DNA of 42,489 nucleotides from Batkoa obscura (Eukaryota): NCBI GenBank assembly GCA_030770535.1, contig JASVEC010000144.1, positions 1 to 42,489 of the forward strand, read 5' to 3'. Shown piece by piece: positions 24,815 to 35,366 of this stretch (position 1 is its first letter; each line of letters starts with the position of its first letter). The notes under the pieces were generated by a model. It saw only the letters and a program-made list of their open reading frames with translations, ran no database searches and was not told where the DNA came from. The position numbers and the translations under genes were made by a program.

Positions 24815-25356
24815 CTTATGAAATTATATGGAAAATTTCAATATCTGTATTTACTATAGTATTAGTAACAGAATATCGTTAAATACATATAACAAATAAC
24901 TAACAATAATGTAAATAAAGTAATAAAAAAATTTTCTAGATATAACGCTATTTTTAATACTATAGCTAATTTTATTGCCAAAAACTATTTTGTGTTAAAT
25001 TTTGCCAACACTAAACGTTGAAATATAGCTTTATTTAAGGCTATAGTAAGATAGAAGTATAGACTAAATCGAAGTTATAGCAAGCATTGGCTTTATTATT
25101 TTTGATGCAGCAGCTATAAGTAAATATTGAAAGATTAAATAAACTACTTTTAGAAGATTTAATTGTAATCTAATAAAAATATTATCTTAATGTTGAAGTG
25201 CCATTTTTTACTTTAAAATTATTATAGTGCTTTTACATCTTTCTATTTTAAACTTTATTTAAAATCAAGATTTAAATTAATATAGAACACTTCCACTGAT
25301 AATTCAAATATTTCAAAGACTACTGATTGTATTAAGCTTCATTTCAAATTTTAAAT

Positions 25357-25615
25357 GGGGATGTCTGGATTGGTTTCAGAATTTACTTAAAAATTAATAT
25401 AAATCCAAAGTTTTCATATTTATGTCTTTAACATATGAGCGTGTTTTTGATTTCATCACTTTTTTCGTTTTTTAAGTGCTGTTTAAGCAAAATGATTGCT
25501 AGTAAAATTTTTAAACAAAAAATCCATTTACATATAATATCTAATAATTTAAAAAATAAAGCAATAGCTAAGCCAATATTCTTTAAGTATATACTAAGTA
25601 ATTTCAAAAATGCAG
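25357..25615 (+). mobile_element. Second, internally deleted Sola2-like relic (5' TIR plus transposase fragment)
   Basis: AAAT then GGGGATGTCTGGATTGGTTTCA; 25540-25615 encodes NNLKNKAIAKPIFFKYILSNFKNA, homologous to NDLRDKAAARSTLFKYVPSNFKNP of the main copy. Confidence 0.7.
25437..25531 (+). mobile_element. MITE copy (diverged) within the second Sola relic
   Basis: Family body; TSD ATAT/ATAT. Confidence 0.8.
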
Positions 25616-26077
25616 TGTGAAACCTGGTACTTAGTGAGTGGAGCCAAAAGCAGTTATCGCTTATTGGCTACACTATAAGTCGAAAGGCCTTAGTTCGTGT
25701 GACTAAGATAGACTTGAATTATGAAGAATAGCATGTGATAGGCTACGGACTATGTAAGGGAAATAGGATAGACAATATTAATGTAAAATCTACGTAAAAC
25801 AATATTAAGTAAACTTAGTAGCCTTATTAAATGTTCGAGATATCAAAGAATAACTCAGTTAAAAACCTTGAGCTACTATACTCTGAAATCTCTTTTATAT
25901 TCTGAAAAGTATAGATATCAAAACGAGAGGATAATATTCTTTGAGATGAAGATAGAAATTCACGTAGTAAATCAAACTGAGAGCATGGGATCGATTGTCT
26001 CTAAGCTCGAGAACACAACAACCTAAGTGATTATTATGCTATACTCAATCATGGAGCTGACAAAGCGATATTTCACA
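25616..26077 (-). mobile_element. Solo LTR, more diverged copy (462 bp)
   Basis: TGTGAAAC...ATTTCACA, colinear with 16017-16479; flanks GCAG/ATAA do not match exactly. Confidence 0.82.
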
Positions 26078-26094
26078 ATAATAAGAAAACAAAT

Positions 26095-26190
26095 GGGAAT
26101 GTTTTTTTATTTCATTACTTTTCCATTTTTTAAGCGCTATTTAAGTGGAAAGGTTGTTAGTGAAATTCCCAAATAAAAAAGTACACCTCC
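26095..26190 (+). mobile_element. MITE copy
   Basis: GGGA...CTCC, TSD AAAT/AAAT. Confidence 0.88.
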
Positions 26191-26271
26191 AAATATAATT
26201 TTTAAGAAACATAAAAAAATAAGAATATCAAAGAATATTCGCGTTCTATTAAATATAATAATAAATTATAT

Positions 26272-26369
26272 GGGGATGTGTTTTTGTGTTTAAGAATTTT
26301 ACTAACAAATTTTCCACTCAAATAGCGCTTAAAAGATATGAAAAGTAATGAAGCCAAAAAAACATCCCC
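26272..26369 (-). mobile_element. MITE copy
   Basis: GGGG...CCCC; flanks ATAT/ATGT. Confidence 0.92.
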
Positions 26370-26620
26370 ATGTTATTATTTAACATCTCATAAGTTGAAA
26401 AATCTAATGTAGTTCTAATTAAAACTACAAAGTCTGCAGAAAATTAAAAAAATTAAAAAATGAACCTTAGTTTATTTTATAAAAATAACCAAAAGTTTAA
26501 GTTTTGATATTTGTTAAGCAAGCAAATAATTTATTAATAAAAATCAACTGTTAAATATTAATAAATAATCAAAATCAAGTAATTGTAATGATAAACAAAA
26601 GCTATCATTATATTATATAT

Positions 26621-26718
26621 GGGGATGTTTTTTTGGCTTCATTACCTCTCATATCTTTTAAGCGCTATCTGAGTGGAAAATTTGTTAGTAAAATTCTTAA
26701 ACACAAAAACACATCCCC
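26621..26718 (+). mobile_element. MITE copy
   Basis: GGGG...CCCC, TSD ATAT/ATAT; 95/98 identical to the reverse complement of 26272-26369. Confidence 0.92.
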
Positions 26719-27550
26719 ATATATTATATAAAAATAGCTTACTATAGTTTTAAGGCTAACTATTCCTTTTTATCTAATTACATACTAATTTGGTGATATA
26801 TTAATAATATGGTTATAATATTAAAGTCATTTATTTAATAAAAAATCTGCAATGTTATTTATGAAACATTCAGTAATAAGTATTTTTAATAAAACATTGT
26901 AGGAATATATATTTTTTTATATAACTTTGATTGACATTAATACATAAGTTATATTAGTAAAGCCTTTGCTAACATAGTAGTTTCTAATAAATCTAGTAAA
27001 AGTTATTCTGACTTATAACATGTATTATAGTAAAATAATTTAAAATTATCAAGTACCTTTGTTTTTCAATAAACAATTTTTTTGGAATAAAGTTGCCTGT
27101 TTTAGACATTCAAAGTCATAAAGCATTTTCAAGATTTAAAAAACAAAAAATGGGTTTAATCGATTTAGTATAAACTTGATTATATTAATACAATGCTAAA
27201 TTTTTACAAAATATAAAAGTATGATAAGAAAATAACCGTATAATTATTCAAGAATAATTAGTTTGTACTCATTTAAAATAAAGTGTAGCTTTGCTCTATG
27301 AAATAATTCTATTTTTTTGAAGTTGTTCTATTAACTTTTACACCATTATTATTTGGTCAATGTATTTTTAAATTTGATTGTTTATGATAATTACTCCATT
27401 ATTAAGGGTATATCAAAACAACTACACCATATAGTGAGTATCTAATGCTCTTTAACTAAGTTTACCTAATATAGGGTAATATAATATTTCTCCGTCTTGC
27501 TGGAATTAGATATAAGAACATATTCTTATTTTTACTATGAATCAATAAAT

Positions 27551-27648
27551 GAGGATGTTCTTTTGTTTAAGAACTTTACTAGCAATTTTTCTACTTAAAT
27601 AGCGTCCAAAAAATGGAAAAAGTGATGAAACCAAAAAAAAACACCTCC
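27551..27648 (-). mobile_element. MITE copy
   Basis: GAGG...CTCC, TSD AAAT/AAAT. Confidence 0.88.
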
Positions 27649-27884
27649 AAATTGTAACAGGTCATATGATTTATCTACCAACATGACTTGAATCACACAG
27701 ATTAACCTTTACCATACTATGGCTTAATACTATGAATAATTTTACTATAAATACCTCCCTTTTTCTTATTAAATAAAGTATCAAATAATACTTATAAACA
27801 CATAGTATTAACTCCTACTATTATTATAGCCGACTTATATATATACTTTATTCTGTTCTTACTGTTAGTCAATTCAAATATAAA

Positions 27885-28367
27885 ATGAAGTCGTCTTTTT
27901 TTGCATTAAGCTTTTTAAGTTTAGCTATTTTTACTAACTCTATAGTATCGGACAGATGGAAAGCTATGTGCTCTTTTGAAACTAGGGTTCAATATATGGA
28001 TGCCGTTTGTTCATGCAGTATCAGAAGTCCAGCAGGAGGTACAGCTGGATCCAAATGCTACATCACACGACAAATAGGTAATGTTCAATACGAATGTTCT
28101 GGCCCAAGAGATACCTCCTCTCAAGGTGGATATCAGATTGAAATGAAGAGTTGTGGTCAAGGTCAAATGGAAGTTCAAATGTATGGTCCTAACGGAGAAG
28201 AATGGAGTTCACATACATTTGTAACTGATTGTGCCATAGAAAATAAGAGAAGAAGTTTTAAAAGGTACATAAAATCTTTGTTTAAGAGATACAAGGATAA
28301 TGATGCTGCGATTGAATTTAATAATAATAGTTGTAATGCAAATCATGAATTTGATGTGATGGCTTAA
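27885..28367 (+). CDS. Small secreted cysteine-rich protein of unknown function (160 aa)
   Basis: Signal-peptide-like MKSSFFALSFLSLAIFTNS, 8 Cys, raised GC, AAAATG start context, upstream TATAAA motifs. Confidence 0.82.
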   Translation: MKSSFFALSFLSLAIFTNSIVSDRWKAMCSFETRVQYMDAVCSCSIRSPAGGTAGSKCYITRQIGNVQYECSGPRDTSSQGGYQIEMKSCGQGQMEVQMYGPNGEEWSSHTFVTDCAIENKRRSFKRYIKSLFKRYKDNDAAIEFNNNSCNANHEFDVMA

Positions 28368-28621
28368 TAAATCTATTGACATTTTAAGTTCTAGGATTTC
28401 TTAGTTTGGAATTTGTGCATATTTTAAAATTATGAAGTTTTTTGTTTTAATATAATCTAGTTAATGATAGTGACTGTCTTATTGGTATTGAATTGAAATT
28501 ATACTATATCCCAATATCAAGTATAACAAAAAGTAGGTTTATTAAAAGAAGCACATCCCATAAATATTTGTATCAAATTTCATAATTGATGTAAATAAAA
28601 CAAGTTATTTCAAAAAGTTAT

Positions 28622-28705
28622 GAAGTTGTATTTTTCTGGTTTTATTTTGCTCATTCAACTATTTAGTAGAAAAATTATTAGTGAAATTCTTCAACGAAAA
28701 AAAGC
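28622..28705 (+). mobile_element. Old degenerate MITE copy, truncated by the next insertion
   Basis: CTATTTAGTAGAAAAATTATTAGTGAAATTCTTCAACGAAAAAAAGC matches the 3' half of the family body. Confidence 0.6.
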
Positions 28706-28709
28706 ATAT

Positions 28710-28908
28710 GGGAATGTATTTTTATGTTTAAGAATTTTACTAATAATTTTTCCACTTTAAATGGGAGTGTTTTTTTTGACTTCATTACTTTTTCCATTTT
28801 TTAAGCACTATTTGAATGGAAAATTTGTTGGTAAAATTCTTAAACACAAAAATACATGCCCAAATAGTGTTTAAAAAATAGAAAAAGTGAAGCCAAGAAA
28901 ACATCCTC
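28710..28908 (-). mobile_element. MITE copy split by a nested MITE
   Basis: GGGA...CCTC; halves 28710-28762 and 28862-28908 rejoin to the consensus; flanks ATAT/ATGT. Confidence 0.88.
28763..28861 (+). mobile_element. Nested MITE copy
   Basis: GGGA...GCCC, TSD AAAT/AAAT inside another copy. Confidence 0.9.
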
Positions 28909-29086
28909 ATGTACAAATTATATTTATAATGATATTGTAGTTAACATGATTTGACTTATACTGATAGATAGTAGAAAATTTTGCGTTAACCTATTCTAAA
29001 TACCCTTTAATTTTCTTCTAAAGGGATACTAACAAACTATCATAAGTTATATACGTTTTACTTAGCTATTTAGATTATGAATATAT

Positions 29087-29185
29087 GGGGATGATTTTTT
29101 TAGTTTCATTGCTTTTTCCATTTTTTTAAAGCCCTATTTGAGCGGAAAATTCTTCGTAAATTCTTAAACATAAAAATACATCCTC
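29087..29185 (+). mobile_element. MITE copy
   Basis: GGGG...CCTC, TSD ATAT/ATAT. Confidence 0.88.
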
Positions 29186-29346
29186 ATATCTTTTATAAAT
29201 TATCATTGTACCATTTTAATTACTATATAAAAATTTATATTATCAAAACAACAACCGTGCAAACATATTAATGAACTACTACAGTGAAGAGTATAAATAG
29301 TAAAGTAAAATTATATCGATAGAATTTTGAAAAAAAGGATATATAT

Positions 29347-29443
29347 GAGGATTTTTTTTTACTTCATTACTTTTTCCATCTTTTAAACGCTATTTGAGTG
29401 GAAAAATTGTTAGTAAAATTCTTAAATACAAAAATACATTTCC
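29347..29443 (+). mobile_element. MITE copy
   Basis: GAGG...TTCC, TSD ATAT/ATAT. Confidence 0.88.
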
Positions 29444-29833
29444 ATATTAATAATATAGTATGTTTCTTATCCAGGAGTATAGGAAGCTATTTATGCTTTA
29501 CAACCGTTTATAAGTTTGTAGAAAGATTCTTAAAGACAATTGGGATAGAAAGTAGAGTATCATCATATTTTGTATCATTTATACTGTCCAATATGCTTTT
29601 GAAACAAGTTCATTAGTTATATAACTTACAGAAATAATAAAGAACAGATTTTTATAACTGCATATTTAACTTTGACATTAATTCTAGGATATACTCTTTA
29701 TGATTTACAATTGATAATACTAGAATAAGTGATAACAGGAATTGATAGGACTAATAATTCTTAAACCAAAGTAATCTGGTAGCGATTAGTAGAGACAACC
29801 ACCAAAAAAAATTTTAGATTAAATTTAATATAT

Positions 29834-29932
29834 GGGGATGTATTTTTTTGTTCAAGGATTTTACTAACAATCTTTCTACTCAAATAGTGCTTAAAAGGTG
29901 GAAAAAATAATGAAACCAAAAAAACCATCCCC
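29834..29932 (-). mobile_element. MITE copy
   Basis: GGGG...CCCC, TSD ATAT/ATAT. Confidence 0.9.
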
Positions 29933-29952
29933 ATATATTTTTTATATAATAT

Positions 29953-30048
29953 GGGAGTGTTTTTGACTTCATTATTCTTTCCATTTTTTAAGCGCTATTT
30001 AAGCCGAAAACTTGTTAGTAAAATTCTTAAGCACAAAAATACACCCTC
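29953..30048 (+). mobile_element. MITE copy
   Basis: GGGA...CCTC, TSD ATAT/ATAT. Confidence 0.9.
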
Positions 30049-30484
30049 ATATATTGATTTTATTTTTATATCAATAAATATACCTTGAGATACAGCAATG
30101 TCAAATGGTAAATTGGGCCTTTATATGAAACTATACTAAAAGTATACTTATAAGAAAAGTTAAATATAAAACAAACAATCTATTTTAATTCATAACTATC
30201 CTTACTTATAATAACTTGATTTTAATTATTTAGTTTAAAAATTTTATATTATAATTCTATTTTTGTCTTTCAAATAGAAAAAATAGTATAAAGATATTAA
30301 GATCATAATAAATCGACATATACGATATTGATAAAGAAATTACATCTGAAATAGTCACCAGTATGATTTATTCAAAATGATCTTATAATGATCAATCTAT
30401 CACCTTTAATTTAAATACCTACTTAGGCTTTAATTAATCTTCTTTTTGCTTATTTAAATAAAAAGCTACAAAATTTATATAAAT

Positions 30485-30588
30485 GGGAATGTATTATTTT
30501 TTTGTTTAATAATTTTATTAACAATTTTTCCACTTAAATAGCGTTTAAAAGATAGAAAAAATAATGAAGCCAAAAAAAACATCCCCCC
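30485..30588 (-). mobile_element. MITE copy
   Basis: GGGA...CCCC; family body; flanks AAAT/ATTT. Confidence 0.85.
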
Positions 30589-32832
30589 ATTTGTATATTG
30601 AAAAAATCGAATTTCAATTTGAAGTATTATTTACCAATTATTAAAAATTGTATATAATATCAATTTTATTTGATAAATCTATTTACAACACGGTTTTTTT
30701 TTCAATTTTAGTCATTTAAAAATATTCAACAATAAGGTCAGAAATCAATTAAATTAATCTAAAGTTAAACTTAAATTGAGAGAACAAAGTATAAGAAGGC
30801 TAAAATTGCAACCTTTTTATTCAGTATACTAACTCAATTCTTTTAGCTTAATACTAACATTTTTTTAGGTTGAACTAGTCGGACAGCTTCTGGTGTTTAG
30901 TAGCTAGAGCTACTAGGAATTTTAGAATAAATGTACGTTTTATTTGCTTTAAATACTATACTATTTTGCTATTATGCTACCAAAGATTTTAGAATAATGT
31001 ACATTTTTTTAAATTTAATTCAATACAATAGTCATCTTTTTATTATTGCTCCTGATGGCTATCGTAAAAGCAGTGACTTTGAAGCTGGCATGCTTGTAGC
31101 TGATCTCCAACAAATTAAGGAACTAAATATAGACCATGTAAATATGCTATTGTCTATATAGCTGATGCATATCCCGCGAAATTGGGAGTATGGTCACGGT
31201 TTCATTTGGATTTGGCCTTATGAATAGTGTGATCATATCCCCTTTTTTGTGTTAGGGCTATTGATGTATGTGTTGATTTATAGTAAAATTTTAAAGGATC
31301 AAACTGTTTTCAATTATTATTATTCTATTTGTTAATAGTTTTAAATATGTTTTATTAATGTATATTTTAATCAACTTAGGTTTATTTATTAAAACAATAT
31401 TGAATAGTAGAATAAGAGATGATTAACGTATAGCGGTAATTGTAATATCTTTGAAGTTTTGCTACCAATCTAAAGATTAATAATAGGTATCAATTGTCAA
31501 CCTTTTAGATGGTTCAATTAAACAATAAATAGGAATTGAGACAAATTGACATAAAGCATTATTTTTTAATTCGCCTTACAATACTATTACCAGCTTCATC
31601 GTCGTCAAATACATCTTGAGATGCAGTAATCTCGAAATTTAAAGTTTTTTCTTTTTATAAATATAACAAAAGTACAAACAGTTAAATTGAATCTGTAGCG
31701 AATATTAGCTGTAAGGTTTTCCTTACCAATGTTGACATATGAGTAGCTAAAAAGTTAAGTGAAACGCTTTAAACATTGCTATTTGAAATGGAATGTCAGA
31801 TCATTAGCGATAATAATTTTTCTAATAAAACAAAGTGATTGTCAATAGGCTTTTACAGATATCTATGTTTTTAACAATAATCAAATTATTTTATTTTGAC
31901 AAGGATTGCTACTTAATTTTAGTTGAAGTAGTAGTTCATAATTGATATTTAACTTAGAGGAATAAGTAAAATTTATAGAGTAAAAAAATAAGAATACAAA
32001 AGAGATGTTATATTAAGAAAATATAACAATAAAAATAGTAAACTAAGCCTTTGAGATTTTATTTCGTTTAATCATCTACATTTTGTAATAGCAGAGGGGC
32101 AGCTTTGGTTTTGTGAATCATCTAAATTTAGTTTCGTTATTTATTTGTAACTTTTCATATCCTTTTCAACTGGTTCTTTTGTAAATCAATCATTGTGCCT
32201 GATCAATAAAATAAAGCACCATATTTGTTTATTAGCTAATATAAACTTTACTTATTCACATCACCAGATGATAAATTGTAGCTATATTTTTACTTTCTAG
32301 CTGAATAAAATTAGTATAATGATAGCTGTTGTTACTTTGTCTAGATTTTATTAACTCAATATAATAATCCATTACCATCAAAAATATACAATTTCTTTAT
32401 TGTAGTTTTGAAGCATCGAAAATACTGGCTGTTACCCAGCTATTTAATCAAATAAGCAGGAGATCTCACTTGCTTTCACAATGGCATGGATAAAATCCTT
32501 AATTTTTAACTTAACATTAATAAAACAATTAGTAGCATGTAATCATAAATAATTAACAACGATAAATTCATTTAAGTGACTTTTTATATTTTATATAACT
32601 ATTGTGGTATAATATTTTATTTATGTTAATTTTTATTAATTCCAAACTCATCCTGTTTTAAAAACTATAAAAAAGTTCAACTCTTTATATTGTTAAATAT
32701 TAGACGTACATTTAAATTTAACAAACTTCAAAGAGATAAATAAAGTGAAATAAAAAATGAATTCTGAAATCCTAAAAGTAGATTAAAATATTTAAATTTA
32801 CTCATCATAATCTTTATTTAGCTACTCTATAA

Positions 32833-33603
32833 TCACTCTTGACTAGGTTTTACTTCTATCTCAGTAACTGCTTCTTCAAGAGTTTCTGTATTGGCAGAGT
32901 TTTCAGTACCCTCATTGCTTTTATTATCAACTTCATTTAAGCCCTCCTTTTTAATAGCAACATTTCCGCTGTTATCCAATTCTACTTTAGGCTTTGAATC
33001 TATATTATCTAAAATCTCAACTTTAGTTTGCTTATCGTCTTTATTATTGATCATTTGCATAGTGTTTGAAGTTATCTCAGCTTGATTTTCCCTATTAAAA
33101 ATATGGTGAGCAGCCTCATTTACTTTGGAGATAGATACGCCAAGTCTCTTTTTGATTCTATTGATAAATCCAGTTACAATATTATTAGATAAATCGTAAA
33201 TCTCATTAGTTAAATCTAAAATAACTTGTTCGTTTTCAACTAGAAATGGATGAAATACATTGTCATAAATATTTAAGTGACCATTTAACTTTGGGTAAGT
33301 GATGTAAAATAGTGAAATGTATTTTATCTCATAGTAGTAAAATATCCTAAAGATTAATATCAATAATAAACATAAAATAATAAGGTCGTATTACCAACTG
33401 AAAAAAATATCAATGAATTGTTCAAGCGTTAGATAGGCGATTAAACAAAACCAAAATTTTGAGATTGATGCTAACTCTTTCTCATTTTTAATAGCTTTAT
33501 AAGTTTTAAAACTTGGGATTAAAAAACAGTATATGATTCTATTAAATAATGAGTTGATTTTTATATTGAAATGACAATTTTACTTATAAATATCTACAAT
33601 CAT
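32833..33603 (-). CDS. REEP/Yop1/HVA22 family protein with acidic C-terminal tail, 3 exons
   Basis: Spliced: MIVDIYK IIYCFLIPSFKTYKAIK...KFWFCL...DIFFSW IFYYYEIKYISLFYITYPKLNGHLNIYDNVFHPFLVENEQ. Confidence 0.85.
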
Positions 33604-34089
33604 TATTTTGACTAAAGAAAAGAAATTTATTTATAAAACTATTCTTTGATTTAAATAGTTCAATCTTATCTACAAATAAGAATTTACTCGAGATTAATTT
33701 ATAATATTGATGTAAATTTATTATTTTGATTAAAGCTATTTAGTAAAAACAAAGATAAAAGCTTATAAGTTTAAAATTTTATCTATATTTTAGTAAATAA
33801 TGAATTAAATTGACTCGCAATTAAATTATTATCACTAAAAGAAATTAGAGCTATATGAGGCTAGCAAATACCTAAGAAGTATCAACAACTAATATCAACT
33901 TTATATTAAGATAAAATTTAATCATTATTTTTATATTATCTTAGTTGATTACTAATATTTCTATATCGTGTTATACTCATCTTTTATTCAAATTGTTCAA
34001 TAATAATTGAACTATTATTTTTCTAGTGAATTTGAAACAAATTTAAGCCATAGCAAAAAAATTCTAGAAAACTACTTTTTATTCTAACA

Positions 34090-35252
34090 ATGCCATTTGG
34101 ACAAGTAAAACATAAAGAATAAGGATAAAGCAAGGATTAAAATAAGTAAGGTAGTAATAGGACCACCAGGATCAGGCAAAACAAGCTATTGTTATGGAGC
34201 AGAACAATTTTTCTCGGGTTTAAAAAGGTAGTTACTACTTATTATCAGTTTCATTTAAACTTTATTCTTAGAAAAACGATTATTATCAATTTAGATCCAG
34301 CTAATGAAAATATTCCTTATACACCTGCCATTGATATTAATGACTTAATTACAGTACAAGATGTTATGGATGAATTTCAATTGGGACCTAATGGGGGTAT
34401 GGTTTATTGTATGGAGTATTTGGAGAAAAATATAGACTGGTTAATAAATAAACTTACAAAATTTGAAGGTAAATAAACAAATGGAAATTTAAACAATGTT
34501 AACTTTATTTAGATTCTTATTTTATATTTGATTTTCCTGGACAAGTTGAACTGTATACTCATAATTATTCGGTAAAGAACATATTAGATAAATTACAAAA
34601 ACTGGACTTTAGAGTAATTTAAAACGTCAATATTTTAAGATCCTATTTACAATTTTTAGTTGACTGCTGTACATCTAGTAGATGCCCATTACTGTACTGA
34701 TCCAGTGAAGTATATATCAGTTTTACTAGTATCACTGAAGACAATGTTGCTGTTAGAGTTGCCTCATGTCAATGTACTTTCAAAGTTAGATCTAATTCAA
34801 AGTTACGGAAAATTAGGTAATATCAATCAAAGCCAAATATCAAATTAAAACAATTTAAAAATAATAGCCTTTAGGTTAGAATTTTATACAGAAGTTATGG
34901 ATTTAAGCTATCTTTTAGAACAGCTTAACGAAGAGCAGATGGGAACGAAATACCACAAGCTAACAGAAGCGCTTTCCTCTTTAGTTGAAGAGTTCGGGCT
35001 AGTCCATTTCCACCCCTTAATGGTCGAAGTTGGTTTTTTTCACTATATATTATATTATTAACTCATTTATTTAAGGATAAAAAATCCATGATTTCATTGA
35101 TGAAAGCCATCGATAAAGCGAACGGCTATGTTTTTGGAGGCTTGGATGAGGACAACACTTCTTTGTTATTATCGAATATTAAGGTGCTTGATAACACTGA
35201 GTTAATAAGCGATATGGAACAGATTTATATAAAAGAAAGAGAAGAGTTATAA
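34090..35252 (+). CDS. GPN2: GPN-loop GTPase 2, multi-exon
   Basis: [67 protein letters not shown] and [10 protein letters not shown]. Confidence 0.93.
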
Positions 35253-35366
35253 ATAACTTTTGCAAAATAAATTAATAAACGAGACCCTACACAAACTATG
35301 ACTATTAATTTACAATAATCACATAATTAAGATCATTTATTTATATAAGGCGATATGAGAATTAAC

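Noticed and set aside
4954..29616. Short ORFs 4954-5145, 9357-9548, 12151-12339, 15142-15345, 25435-25620 and 29398-29616 as a peptide family
   Set aside because: Shared motifs (FFLxSLLF, LLVKFLN) are translations of MITE sequence.
26095..30588. Recurring ~97-bp repeats separated by unique sequence as a CRISPR-like array
   Set aside because: Irregular spacing, both orientations, individual TSDs, nesting, no cas genes and a eukaryotic context; these are MITE insertions.
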